A stretch of 64,000 nt of DNA from an uncultured Flavobacteriales bacterium (lineage in GTDB: Bacteria > Bacteroidota > Bacteroidia > Flavobacteriales_D > CAJJDF01), in the NCBI GenBank assembly GCA_964021785.1, contig CAXIAX010000004.1, forward strand, positions 1,460 through 65,459, read 5' to 3'. Below are positions 19,929 through 29,874 of the stretch, one piece after another. The notes beneath the pieces were generated by a model. The model searched no databases. It had not been told where the DNA came from and worked only from the letters and a program-made list of their open reading frames with translations. Position 1 is the stretch's first letter, and the number at the start of each line of letters is the position of its first letter. The position numbers and the translations under genes are program-made.

Positions 19929-21461
19929 TTAGAACGGATCGTCATCATCATCATCATCATCCCAACCTTTAGATTGCATAGTCATTGTTCCGTCTCCATT
20001 TTCAAAATCTGCATTTGGAGTAATCGCATTGGTATCCATTTCTGAGAATGAATCCAAGTTTTCGAATTTTGCGAATTGACCTACAAACCTAAGCTTGACA
20101 GATTCTAGCGAACCATTTCTGTGTTTTGCAATTATGAATTCTCCTATTCCTTCTAGCGAATCTCCTGTTTCTTCGTCTGTAGTTAATCCATAATATTCTG
20201 GACGATAAATAAAAGATACAATATCCGCATCCTGCTCAATTGCTCCTGATTCCCTCAAATCGGATAACATTGGTTTTTTATCTCCTCCTCTTGTCTCTAC
20301 CGATCTACTCAACTGAGAAAGTGCAATAATTGGAACATCCAATTCTTTTGCTACAGTCTTAATAGAACGAGAAATAAAACTAATCTCTTGCTCCCTATTT
20401 CCTTTACCTTCTCCTCCCCCGGTCATCAATTGCAAATAATCAATGATAATTAGCTTAATATCATGTTGTGCTTTAAGCCTTCTACATTTTGCTCTAAACT
20501 CAAATACAGAAAGTGCGGGTGTATCATCAATAAAGAAAGGAGCTTCTGATAGTTTTCCTATTCTCGCATGTAATTGCTCGTATTCGTGTCTTTCTAAATT
20601 TCCTTTTCTTAATTTCTCTGCAGGAATTTCTGTTTCTCCAGAAATCAAACGATTTACCAATTGTACCGAACTCATCTCTAGAGAGAAAATAGCTACTGCC
20701 TGGTTAAATTGAACGGCCGCATTACGTGCCATAGAAACTACAAAAGCCGTTTTCCCCATCCCTGGACGTGCTGCAATTACAATCATATCTGATTTTTGCC
20801 AACCCGAGGTAACTCTATCCAGAGCAGTAAACCCGGTAGGAACTCCACTAACTCCATCTTGATGATCTTGAGCATTCTCAATCTCCTCAATGGCTTGTTG
20901 CATTACTTTGTCTATCTTTTCGTAACTCTTACTTAAGTTTCCTTCGGCAACTTGAAACAAACTACTCTCAGCCGTATCCAATAAATCAAATACATCAGTA
21001 GTTTCATCATACGCCAATTTTATTGTCTCTGATGAAATACGAATTAATTCTCTTTGTATAAATTTTTGCGCAATGATACGAGCATGGTGCTCCACATTGG
21101 CCGCAGATGCAATTCTATTGGTAAGTTGTGAGATATAATAAGCTCCTCCTACATACTCCAATTCTCCCCTATTTCTCAATTCTTGAGTCACAGTAAGAAT
21201 ATCAATTGGCTGAGAATGTCCAAACAAATGATGTACTACTCCGTATATTTTTTGGTGCGCATCTTTATAAAAACTCTCTGGGCTCAATACATCAATAACA
21301 TCATTTACGGCATTTTTTTCAAGCATTAAGGCTCCTAAAACTGCTTCCTCAAAGTCTACTGCTTGAGGAGGAATTCGTCCAGATTCCTGATAAAAAGAAG
21401 GTTGTTTCTTCTTTTTTGTCATTCTTGTTACTGACTCGTTTTCGCTTAGTTCGTTATTCAT
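19929..21461 (-). CDS. dnaB: Replicative DNA helicase DnaB
   Basis: 510 aa. Motifs: PPQAVDFEEAVLGALM, Walker A GMGKTAF, IIDYLQLM, SQLSR, RESG.IEQDAD. No intein. Unusual C-terminal DDDDDDDDPF tail. Confidence 0.95.
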   Translation of the reverse strand: MNNELSENESVTRMTKKKKQPSFYQESGRIPPQAVDFEEAVLGALMLEKNAVNDVIDVLSPESFYKDAHQKIYGVVHHLFGHSQPIDILTVTQELRNRGELEYVGGAYYISQLTNRIASAANVEHHARIIAQKFIQRELIRISSETIKLAYDETTDVFDLLDTAESSLFQVAEGNLSKSYEKIDKVMQQAIEEIENAQDHQDGVSGVPTGFTALDRVTSGWQKSDMIVIAARPGMGKTAFVVSMARNAAVQFNQAVAIFSLEMSSVQLVNRLISGETEIPAEKLRKGNLERHEYEQLHARIGKLSEAPFFIDDTPALSVFEFRAKCRRLKAQHDIKLIIIDYLQLMTGGGEGKGNREQEISFISRSIKTVAKELDVPIIALSQLSRSVETRGGDKKPMLSDLRESGAIEQDADIVSFIYRPEYYGLTTDEETGDSLEGIGEFIIAKHRNGSLESVKLRFVGQFAKFENLDSFSEMDTNAITPNADFENGDGTMTMQSKGWDDDDDDDDPF

Positions 21462-21645
21462 TTATTGAGAAATATTAGGTATTCAAGCTGTATTTTCTTT
21501 GTTTAAATTAAGAGAATACAACTAATTTTATTGTAGCATCAAATGTAAGTCGATTTATTCATTTTTATGGAAAAACTAATTAAAAAAGTTACTAAAAATT
21601 GTTTTCAACAATTGTTGACAAAACCAACCTTAATTACATTTATCC

Positions 21646-21679
21646 AAATAAATTTTTAGATAACTCTAAAAATTTATTT
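21646..21679. promoter_or_regulatory. Perfect 15-4-15 palindrome, candidate DtxR/MntR operator overlapping the promoter
   Basis: aaataaatttttaga-taac-tctaaaaatttattt. It abuts the TAcaTTTG -7 box at 21679-21686, upstream of the ATG at 21691. Confidence 0.6.
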
Positions 21680-21690
21680 ACATTTGCATA

Positions 21691-22356
21691 ATGAGTTACA
21701 CTAGAACAGAAGAAAACTACTTAAAAGCTATATTTTCCTTGTACAACAAAGAAAACAAAGCCGTATCTACCAATACGATAGCTAAAAAACTGAAGACAAA
21801 ACCTTCTTCGGTAACTGATATGGTAAAAAAATTATCGAACAAAGATTTGGTGAAATATGAGAAGTATAAAGGAGTTACTTTAACAAAAAAAGGAACTGAC
21901 ATTGCTGTTACCATAATTCGTAACCATAGAATTTGGGAAGTTTTTTTGGTAGAAAAACTTGGATACAAATGGGATGAAGTTCATGAAATAGCTGAACAAC
22001 TAGAACATATAAAATCGGATGAACTGATTGACAGAATGGATGAATTCTTGGATAATCCAAAATTTGACCCACATGGAGATCCAATTCCTGATAAAACAGG
22101 AAAGTTTGCTGAAAGAAAAAAAGCTGTTCTATTAAGTGAATTAGAAATAAAAGAAGAAGGAATAATTGTAGGAGTAAAAAACACTTCGAATGATTTTTTG
22201 CAATACTTGGAAGAAAAAACACTTACAATAGGAAAAGAAATAAAAGTCACAAAAGAGTTTGAGTTTGATAAATCTAGAAACTTAGTTGTGAACGAAAGAG
22301 TGATTACCATTTCTAAAGAAGTGTGTAATAATTTAATAATAGAAAAACGCCCTTAA
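21691..22356 (+). CDS. DtxR/MntR-family metal-dependent transcriptional repressor
   Basis: 221 aa. N-terminal wHTH (TEENYLKAI...ISTN.IAKKL..KPSSVTDMVKKL), dimerisation/metal domain (WDEVHEIAEQLEH) and an FeoA/SH3-like C-terminal domain. Confidence 0.88.
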   Translation: MSYTRTEENYLKAIFSLYNKENKAVSTNTIAKKLKTKPSSVTDMVKKLSNKDLVKYEKYKGVTLTKKGTDIAVTIIRNHRIWEVFLVEKLGYKWDEVHEIAEQLEHIKSDELIDRMDEFLDNPKFDPHGDPIPDKTGKFAERKKAVLLSELEIKEEGIIVGVKNTSNDFLQYLEEKTLTIGKEIKVTKEFEFDKSRNLVVNERVITISKEVCNNLIIEKRP

Positions 22357-22380
22357 GCGGCAATTAATACCGAATAACAA

Positions 22381-23229
22381 ATGGAAACAATTTACAATTG
22401 GTTTAGTAGTGTAGATCCTGTAATGGCTGCTTTGGCAGCAACAGTTTTTACTTGGCTTGTAACAGCAGCAGGAGCTTCCTTAGTCTTCTTTTTCAAAACC
22501 TTGAACAGAGCAGTTCTTGATATTGCTCTAGGATTTACTGGAGGTGTAATGGTTGCAGCAAGTGTATGGAGTTTAATTATGCCTGCCCTTGATATGTCGC
22601 ATGGAGAAGGATTTGCAAAAGTAGGCCCTACCGTAATTGGATTTGTAGCAGGTGCCTTATTCATTTTTGCTTTGGATAAATTAATTCCTCACATACATCT
22701 GAACTACGAAAAAGTATCGGAAGCTGAAGGTCCTAAAACAAAAATGAACAAAACTTTATTGCTAGTTCTAGCAATCACACTCCACAATATTCCCGAAGGA
22801 TTAGCTGTAGGTGTTCTTTTTGGAGGAGCAGCCCTAGGAATTGACGGAGCAACTATTGGTGGTGCAATTGCTTTAGCTCTTGCCATAGGAATTCAAAATT
22901 TCCCTGAAGGTTTTGCAGTTTCTATGCCACTAAGAAGACAAGGAATGACTAGAGGAAAAAGTTTTTGGTACGGACAATTATCTGCTATTGTAGAACCAAT
23001 ATTTGGAGTCCTTGGAGCTGTTGCAGTTTTAACTTTCACTCCCCTACTGCCTTATGCTTTGGCTTTTGCAGCTGGCGCAATGATATTTGTAGTAGTAGAA
23101 GAAGTAATTCCCGAAACCCAAAGAGATAAATATACCGACCATGCAACTTTAGGGTTTATTGGTGGATTTTTAATAATGATGGTACTGGATGTTGTCCTAG
23201 AAGATGTATTCGCAAACTTGGTAATGTAA
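22381..23229 (+). CDS. ZIP-family divalent metal transporter (ZupT/GufA-like)
   Basis: 282 aa. Multi-TM protein with HNIPEGLAVG and QNFPEGFAV signature motifs. Confidence 0.88.
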   Translation: METIYNWFSSVDPVMAALAATVFTWLVTAAGASLVFFFKTLNRAVLDIALGFTGGVMVAASVWSLIMPALDMSHGEGFAKVGPTVIGFVAGALFIFALDKLIPHIHLNYEKVSEAEGPKTKMNKTLLLVLAITLHNIPEGLAVGVLFGGAALGIDGATIGGAIALALAIGIQNFPEGFAVSMPLRRQGMTRGKSFWYGQLSAIVEPIFGVLGAVAVLTFTPLLPYALAFAAGAMIFVVVEEVIPETQRDKYTDHATLGFIGGFLIMMVLDVVLEDVFANLVM

Positions 23230-25538
23230 TGATTAAACAAACAACTCTCCTTTTAACACTAATATGGCTTTCTAATTCTGTTTTTTCTCAAGGAAAAATT
23301 GAAGGTGTAATAACCAATAAAAAGACTCCCATTGAATTTTCTACCCTAGGAATTGAAGGTACACAGTATTCTACTTTGACTAATGCTAAAGGACAATTCG
23401 TGTTAGATAATTTACCTTTTGGTTCTCATCAGTTAAAAATTTCTCACTTAAGCTTTGTAGATACGGTTATTACTATTCGTTTAACGAAAGAAAACCCTAC
23501 TCAAACATTCAATATTGCATTGCAAGAGCAGTATCAGAACTTAGATGAATTTGTTATTACAGGAACCCGAACTCAAAAAAGGAAAACGGAATCTGCTATT
23601 ATAGTTAATGTAATAAACAGTAAAACTTTAGATAATGTTCAAGCTTGTAATTTATCCGAAGGCTTAAAATTTCAGCCAGGACTTAGAGTAGAAACAGATT
23701 GTCAGACTTGCAACTACACTCAATTAAGAATGAATGGGCTTGCAGGAGGATATTCTCAAATATTGATAAACGGAAGACCTATATTTAGTCCACTTACTAG
23801 TCTTTATGGTTTAGAGCAAATTCCTGTAAATATGATTGATAGGATAGAAATAATAAGAGGTGGAGGTTCTTCTCTTTATGGTTCTAGCGCAATTGGGGGA
23901 ACTGTAAACGTAATAACTAAGATTCCTAAAGAGAATAATTATGAATTGAATTTTCTTACTCAATCAATCAACCAAAAAACAAGTGATAATATTTTATCGG
24001 GAAACGCCACTTTACTTACAAAGAAAAAAAACGCAGGAGTTTCACTCTTTTTTAATCAAAGAACTAGAGAAGCTTACGATCATAATGACGATAATTATTC
24101 TGAATTACCCGAGTTAAAAAACCTCTCTTTAGGACTGAATTCTTTTTTCCTTTTTGGAGAAAATCAAAAACTAGAAGTGAGTTTGAGTAAATTATACGAA
24201 TACCGATATGGAGGAGAAATGGTAGACCTACCTGCCTACCAAGCGTTACAATCTGAAGAAAGAACGCATAACGTATGGATGGGAAGTGCCGATTATCAAG
24301 TTAATTTTAACGAAGACAAATCTTCTTTCATTGCCTATACCGGTTGGCAAAGAACAGAACGTGATCACTACACAGGAATTGTTCCGGATGAGGATAGTTT
24401 AATTACTCTTCACAACCTCAATCCTCCATACGGAACTTCACTTACAACAACTTTGCAAGGAGGTTTTCAACTGAATCATAAACTAATTAACACTCTAGGA
24501 ATTGAAAACGTACTTACGTTTGGAGCAGAATATTTATTTGATGATGTAATGGATGAAATTCCTGCTTATTCTTATTTAATTGACCAAACGACTCGTAATA
24601 TTGGACTTTTGGCACAAAGTGATTGGAAACTAACACAAAATTTAATTCTACTTACTGGAGTAAGAATGGATAAACACAACTTGGTAAACAATGCTGTTTT
24701 TAGTCCAAGAGGATCTTTGCTATATACAGTAAAGAAAAACACGCAATTTAGATTAAGCTACGGTTCTGGATTTAGAGCTCCACAGGCATTTGATACCGAT
24801 TTACACATTGCATTTGCAGGTGGAGGAATATCAAGAGTTCAACTTTCGCCAAACCTAACCCCAGAAAATTCTCATAGTTTTAGTGCCTCTATGAATTACG
24901 ACAAAATAAGCTCCAAATACATTGCTGGTTTTACCATTGAAGGATTTTATACAAGACTAAATAATGCATTTATCCTAAATCCAATAGGTGAAGATGAATT
25001 TGGAGAAGTATTTGAAAAAATAAATGGACAAGGTGCAACTGTCAAAGGAATTACTTTAGAACTTAGAGGAAATTACAACTCTACCGTACAATTAGAATCA
25101 GGTATTACTTTTCAATCTAGCCGATACGACAACAAAGTGAGCTATATTGATGAAGTGGCAGGAATAAATGAATTTATTAGAACGCCAGACCTTTATGGCT
25201 ATGGAATTCTTACTCTATTTCCTTATTCCAAACTAAATGGAGTAATTAATTATGTGTACACAGGAAAAATGCTTGTACCCCATTTTGCTGGAGCTCCAAA
25301 TCAATTGATAGATGAAATTGAGACGACTAGCTCATTTAATGAAGTTAGTTTTAAACTGAATTACCTTATTTCGGTTAAAAAAATAAAATCGAAATTGAAT
25401 CTTTATGCAGGAGTAAGAAACATTACTAATTCTTACCAAACTAGATTTGATATTGGTAAAAACCGTGATAGCAATTATGTTTACGGATCTTCTCAGCCAA
25501 GAACATTTTATGTAGGAATAAAATTACTCTCATTATAA
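23229..25538 (+). CDS. TonB-dependent receptor with an N-terminal carboxypeptidase-regulatory-like domain
   Basis: 769 aa. Signal peptide, CarbopepD_reg-like fold, plug (IEIIRGGGSSLYGSSAIGGTVNVITK), and beta-barrel. Its start overlaps the ZIP stop (TAATG). Confidence 0.88.
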   Translation: MIKQTTLLLTLIWLSNSVFSQGKIEGVITNKKTPIEFSTLGIEGTQYSTLTNAKGQFVLDNLPFGSHQLKISHLSFVDTVITIRLTKENPTQTFNIALQEQYQNLDEFVITGTRTQKRKTESAIIVNVINSKTLDNVQACNLSEGLKFQPGLRVETDCQTCNYTQLRMNGLAGGYSQILINGRPIFSPLTSLYGLEQIPVNMIDRIEIIRGGGSSLYGSSAIGGTVNVITKIPKENNYELNFLTQSINQKTSDNILSGNATLLTKKKNAGVSLFFNQRTREAYDHNDDNYSELPELKNLSLGLNSFFLFGENQKLEVSLSKLYEYRYGGEMVDLPAYQALQSEERTHNVWMGSADYQVNFNEDKSSFIAYTGWQRTERDHYTGIVPDEDSLITLHNLNPPYGTSLTTTLQGGFQLNHKLINTLGIENVLTFGAEYLFDDVMDEIPAYSYLIDQTTRNIGLLAQSDWKLTQNLILLTGVRMDKHNLVNNAVFSPRGSLLYTVKKNTQFRLSYGSGFRAPQAFDTDLHIAFAGGGISRVQLSPNLTPENSHSFSASMNYDKISSKYIAGFTIEGFYTRLNNAFILNPIGEDEFGEVFEKINGQGATVKGITLELRGNYNSTVQLESGITFQSSRYDNKVSYIDEVAGINEFIRTPDLYGYGILTLFPYSKLNGVINYVYTGKMLVPHFAGAPNQLIDEIETTSSFNEVSFKLNYLISVKKIKSKLNLYAGVRNITNSYQTRFDIGKNRDSNYVYGSSQPRTFYVGIKLLSL

Positions 25539-25660
25539 CATAGTGTAATTATTGGAATAGAAATTTCTAACAACTTGTTTAAAACTTTGAACCCTTGAAA
25601 TAGGTTTACTAAATGAAGCTAAGTAATTTTGTGGAAACAAATTTAAATTACAAAAAAGCT

Positions 25661-26317
25661 ATGAAATTTTTTATCGATACTGCAAACCTAAAAGACATTA
25701 AAGACGCTAATGATTTAGGAATTCTTGATGGAGTAACTACAAACCCTTCGCTTATGGCAAAAGAAGGAATTGGAGGAACAGATAACGTTATGAAACACTA
25801 CGTAGACATTTGCAACATTGTAGATGGACCTGTAAGTGCAGAAGTTATTTCTACTGATTTTGACGGAATGGTAAAAGAAGGATTGGCACTTGCCGAACTG
25901 CACGAAAACATTGTAGTAAAAGTTCCAATGATTACTGAAGGAATTAAAGCAATTAAATATTTTTCTGAAAAAGGAATTAAAACCAACTGTACTTTAATAT
26001 TCTCTGCAGGACAAGCATTATTGGCTGCAAAAGCTGGAGCAACTTACGTTTCACCTTTTATCGGAAGATTGGATGATATCTCTACAGATGGATTGAACTT
26101 AATTGATGAAATCAGATTAATTTTTGATAACTACGGATTCCAAACTGAAATCCTTGCAGCTTCTGTACGTCACCCTATGCATATCATTAACTGTGCAAAA
26201 ATTGGAGCAGATGTAATGACTGGACCATTAAGTGCAATCTTGGCATTAGCTAAGCACCCATTAACAACTAGTGGACTAGAAACTTTCTTGGCAGATCACG
26301 CTAAAGCAAACGCATAA
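25661..26317 (+). CDS. Fructose-6-phosphate aldolase / transaldolase (TalC/Fsa subfamily)
   Basis: 218 aa from [10 protein letters not shown] (the canonical N-terminus). VKVP contains the Schiff-base lysine context. The track ORF begins 48 nt earlier at 25613. Confidence 0.9.
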   Translation: MKFFIDTANLKDIKDANDLGILDGVTTNPSLMAKEGIGGTDNVMKHYVDICNIVDGPVSAEVISTDFDGMVKEGLALAELHENIVVKVPMITEGIKAIKYFSEKGIKTNCTLIFSAGQALLAAKAGATYVSPFIGRLDDISTDGLNLIDEIRLIFDNYGFQTEILAASVRHPMHIINCAKIGADVMTGPLSAILALAKHPLTTSGLETFLADHAKANA

Positions 26318-26417
26318 TACTTACCCTTTGGGATTGAAACTCCAATAAAAAAATCATTCTTTCACTAAGGATTGGTTAATTAAACGAGAATCAAATCCAA
26401 ATAAAAAAATAAGAATC

Positions 26418-27041
26418 ATGGCAGCAGAATTCCTTCCTATACATCCAGAAACTCCTGAACAAAGAAAAATTGCTCAGGCAGTGAAAGTATTACAAAAAGG
26501 AGGAATTATTGCTTACCCTACGGATTCTGTCTATAATTTTGGCTGTTCATTGGACAACAAAAGAGCTATCGAAAAATTAGCTAAATTGAAAGATATAAAA
26601 CTCAAAAAAGCTAATTTTTCATTGGTTTGTCAAGACCTTAAGTCCATTGACGAATACACTGCTCCATTTAGTCGTACTATTTTTAAAGCGCTAAATAAAA
26701 ACTTGCCTGGGCCATTTACTTTTATTTTAAATGCCAGCAACAAGATTCCAAAATTATTTGATACCAATAAAAAAGAAATAGGAATAAGAATTCCTGACAA
26801 CAACATTACTTTACAATTGGTAGAAATGCTTGGAGTTCCTATGGTTACAACTTCTATTCATAACGAAGATGAAATAATAGAATACATAACCGATCCCGAA
26901 CAAATATTTGAGCATTACCAAAATCAAATAGAAATGGTAATTGATGGAGGAATTGGAAACAATGAACCATCTACAGTGGTAGATTGCACCCAAGACGAAC
27001 TAGATATTGTGAGACAAGGAATTGGAGAATTGGAGTATTAA
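26418..27041 (+). CDS. L-threonylcarbamoyladenylate synthase (TsaC/YrdC/Sua5-domain)
   Basis: 207 aa. YPTDSVY, GPFTFIL, IGIRIPD and TTS motifs of the YrdC fold. Confidence 0.85.
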   Translation: MAAEFLPIHPETPEQRKIAQAVKVLQKGGIIAYPTDSVYNFGCSLDNKRAIEKLAKLKDIKLKKANFSLVCQDLKSIDEYTAPFSRTIFKALNKNLPGPFTFILNASNKIPKLFDTNKKEIGIRIPDNNITLQLVEMLGVPMVTTSIHNEDEIIEYITDPEQIFEHYQNQIEMVIDGGIGNNEPSTVVDCTQDELDIVRQGIGELEY

Positions 27042-27237
27042 TTTTTCTTCTTTTTCCATTCTACTATCCAAATGACACTCCCCTATTTTTCTAACTTTAA
27101 TAAGTTATTTATACTTACTAGTGCCAATTTTCAAATTAAAAGAAATTTTAATTCTAATCACAAAAACAAATAAATACTTGATTTTAAATTATCTAAAAGT
27201 GATTCGTTTTAACAATATAAAATTTATTTCAACTAAA

Positions 27238-27254
27238 ACAGACAGGTCTGTCTA
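27238..27254. promoter_or_regulatory. Candidate TetR operator, site 1 (ACAGAC-ag-GTCTGT)
   Basis: The right half gtctgtcta is identical to the right half of the 27866-27885 palindrome. It lies 19 nt upstream of the TAtaTTTG box at 27273-27280. Confidence 0.5.
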
Positions 27255-27284
27255 TTGTTAAAATATTTGTTCTATATTTGTGCC

Positions 27285-27848
27285 ATGAAACACTCCGAGG
27301 TAAAAAATAGAATCATTGAAACTGCTTCATTCTTATTTTATAAGAATGGGTATAATTCCACTGGAATCAATGAAATTATTTCGGAAGCTGGAATTGCCAA
27401 GGCTACTTTATACAATCATTTTAAATCTAAAGAAGAAATTTGCTTGGCTTACCTCCAATTTAAAAATGCTACTTTTCTTCAAGAACTAGAAAAATTCGTT
27501 ACTTCCAAAGAAAACGGAAAACCTCAAATCTTGGGTATATTCGATTTTCTTGGCTTATTTTTTCAGGATAAAGATTTTAATGGCTGTTGGTGTATAAAAA
27601 CGGTATCGGAAATACCGAAAGACAATGTAATTATTAGAAATGAAATACAAACTCATAAAAATAATTTTATTGATTTGATAACAGATCTTGTAACCAAAAA
27701 CTTAGAAACAAAAGAAGAAGCGCAAACAAAATCTCTTGCCAGACAAATATACTTGCTGTATGAAAGTGCTGTGGGAGAAAGTCACCTACACCAAGCTGAT
27801 TGGCCTATAGTAGAGACAAAAAATTTATGTGCTAGAATTATAGACTAA
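27285..27848 (+). CDS. TetR/AcrR-family transcriptional regulator
   Basis: 187 aa from MKHSEVKNRI. HTH region: GYNSTGINEIISEAGIAKATLYNHF. The track start at 27255 would lie upstream of the -7 box, so the ATG at 27285 is preferred. Confidence 0.85.
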   Translation: MKHSEVKNRIIETASFLFYKNGYNSTGINEIISEAGIAKATLYNHFKSKEEICLAYLQFKNATFLQELEKFVTSKENGKPQILGIFDFLGLFFQDKDFNGCWCIKTVSEIPKDNVIIRNEIQTHKNNFIDLITDLVTKNLETKEEAQTKSLARQIYLLYESAVGESHLHQADWPIVETKNLCARIID

Positions 27849-27865
27849 AAAAATTTAACTAAACT

Positions 27866-27885
27866 TAGACAGACTTGTCTGTCTA
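27866..27885. promoter_or_regulatory. Candidate TetR operator, site 2 (perfect 9-2-9 palindrome)
   Basis: tagacagac-tt-gtctgtcta, 30 nt upstream of the SDR gene start at 27915. Confidence 0.55.
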
Positions 27886-27914
27886 TTTATAAAAACAAAC
27901 AAACAAATAACAAC

Positions 27915-28661
27915 ATGAGAGAATCAGAAAACAAAGTAGCTTTAGTAATTGGAGGAACGAGCGGAATTGGACGTGCAACAACAGAAGCCTTATTGGCAGA
28001 AGGAGCAACAGTACACATTGTAGGTAGAAATACAGACAAAATAGCGGATGCACCTAACTTAATAAAGCACACAGTAAACATAGCTAATCAAAATGAAGTA
28101 GATGGATTAATTTCCAATATTGCTGCTTTAGATAACTTAGATTATTTAGTAAATGCTTCGGGGATTTTTGGACCAAAACCATTTTTAGACCATACACTCG
28201 AAGATTATAATTCTTACCTAGATTTAAACAGAGGATTTTTCTTTATTACACAAAGTGTGGCAAGAAAAATGAAAGAAACAAAAGGTGGATCTATCGTAAA
28301 TGTAGGATCTATGTGGGCAAAACAAGCAATAAAAGCTACTCCATCTTCGGCATATTCTATGCAAAAAGCAGGATTACATTCATTAACTAAACACCTGGCA
28401 ATGGAATTGGCTGAAGACAATATCCGTGTAAATGCAGTATCTCCTGCCTTGGTAAATACACCTGTGTATCACGGAGTATTTGGAAGTAAAGAAGCTGCAG
28501 ATGAAGCATTGGTTGGTTTCAATGGATTTCACCCAATAGGAAGATTTGGAGAAGCAGATGACATTGCAAATAGCATCCTTTTCTTATTGTCAGAAAAAGC
28601 GGCATGGGTAACTGGAGCAATCTGGGATACTGATGGTGGTGTAATGGCAGGTAGAAACTAA
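27915..28661 (+). CDS. SDR-family oxidoreductase
   Basis: 248 aa. Cofactor-binding motif GGTSGIG, NASG, and catalytic Y..xK (YSMQKAG). Confidence 0.88.
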   Translation: MRESENKVALVIGGTSGIGRATTEALLAEGATVHIVGRNTDKIADAPNLIKHTVNIANQNEVDGLISNIAALDNLDYLVNASGIFGPKPFLDHTLEDYNSYLDLNRGFFFITQSVARKMKETKGGSIVNVGSMWAKQAIKATPSSAYSMQKAGLHSLTKHLAMELAEDNIRVNAVSPALVNTPVYHGVFGSKEAADEALVGFNGFHPIGRFGEADDIANSILFLLSEKAAWVTGAIWDTDGGVMAGRN

Positions 28662-28680
28662 AACAATACAGACATCTAAA

Positions 28681-28720
28681 AAAGCGATTGGAGAGTTATC
28701 TCCAATCGCTTTTTCTTTTT
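28681..28720 (+). terminator. Rho-independent terminator
   Basis: 14-bp stem aaagcgattggaga / tctccaatcgcttt, loop gtta, then a T tract. Confidence 0.75.
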
Positions 28721-28790
28721 TATAAAACGTATCTTTATTTATAATAAATAATCGACTACAGTTTGCTACCAATAAAAAAATAAAACAACA

Positions 28791-29765
28791 ATGAAACAAT
28801 TAATTCTAGGTCTACTAATTATTACCTCAGCAGTGAGTTGTAAGAATACGACTAGCATAAAATCAAACGAAAAAGAATACTTCTTACCTCCAGCTACTAC
28901 TCATAACTATGCAGTAATTGACGGAGTAAAACTATTTTATAGAGAAGCAGGAAACAAAGAAAACCCTACTCTTGTCTTATTGCACGGCTACCCTTCTTCT
29001 TCTCATTCCTACAGGAATTTAATTCCAATGTTGGCCACACATTATCATGTTATTGCTCCCGATAATCTTGGCTCAGGATATAGCGCTCATTTAGACCCTG
29101 CCACTACCCTTCACACTTTTGATTTATTGGCAGATTACACACAAAAACTAATAGATAAATTGGAAATAGGGAATTATGTGATGTACATGCAAGATTTTGG
29201 AGCGCCTGTGGGTTATAGAATGATGATGAAAAATCCTAAACGAATTGAGGCTTTAATTGTTCAGAATGCGAATGCATATTTGGATGGATTGACTCAGAAA
29301 AGACAAGATTTTTTTAGAACTGCACAAACAGATACCTCAGCACAAAAACACGATTTTTTGTATAGCTTAACTAGTGCAGAGGCCATTATTAACAAACAAT
29401 ATTTATTCGATTTAGATTCTTCAAACATAAATATTCAAAGTCCAGATGCTTGGACTCACGATTTGGCTTTTTTATCTACCGAGAAGGACAGAGAAATTCA
29501 AGTGCAATTGTTTCAGGATTACAACACCAATTTAATTCGATATCCTAAATGGCAAAAAATGCTGAAAGAAAATCAACCTAAAACTCTTATCGTTTGGGGA
29601 GGAAAAGATTTAAAATTTAATGCAAATGGAGCCAAAGCTTACTTGATAGACTTGCCAAATGCAGAGCTTCACTTATTGGATGCTGGCCACTTTGCAGCAG
29701 AAGAAAAAACAAGAGAGATTGCAGAACTTATGTTACAGTTTTTAAGTAAAAATGAAATAGAATAA
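28791..29765 (+). CDS. Alpha/beta-fold hydrolase (epoxide hydrolase / haloalkane dehalogenase-like), lipoprotein
   Basis: 324 aa. Lipobox AVSC, oxyanion-hole motif LLHGYPSSS, nucleophile-elbow context MQDFGAP (Asp nucleophile), and C-terminal GHF. Confidence 0.75.
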   Translation: MKQLILGLLIITSAVSCKNTTSIKSNEKEYFLPPATTHNYAVIDGVKLFYREAGNKENPTLVLLHGYPSSSHSYRNLIPMLATHYHVIAPDNLGSGYSAHLDPATTLHTFDLLADYTQKLIDKLEIGNYVMYMQDFGAPVGYRMMMKNPKRIEALIVQNANAYLDGLTQKRQDFFRTAQTDTSAQKHDFLYSLTSAEAIINKQYLFDLDSSNINIQSPDAWTHDLAFLSTEKDREIQVQLFQDYNTNLIRYPKWQKMLKENQPKTLIVWGGKDLKFNANGAKAYLIDLPNAELHLLDAGHFAAEEKTREIAELMLQFLSKNEIE

Positions 29766-29805
29766 CTTTTCTTCTTTCAATAAATCGAGAAATTATTTCT
29801 CACAA

Positions 29806-29838
29806 AAAAAGAGCTGTGTATGATACACAGCTCTTTTT
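29806..29838. terminator. Bidirectional terminator between convergent genes
   Basis: aaaaagagctgtgta-tga-tacacagctcttttt. A and T tracts on both sides serve the hydrolase gene (+) and the RND operon (-). Confidence 0.8.
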
Positions 29839-29874
29839 GTTTTTAAGAATAGTTGAATAGTAAAAAGCTTTAGC

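Noticed and set aside
21717-22310. Three minus-strand ORFs (83-109 aa) overlapping the DtxR-family gene
   Set aside because: These are shadow ORFs opposite a well-supported regulator gene.
25613-25660. Upstream start for the transaldolase/Fsa gene
   Set aside because: [10 protein letters not shown] at 25661 is the canonical family N-terminus, and the 16 extra residues resemble nothing.
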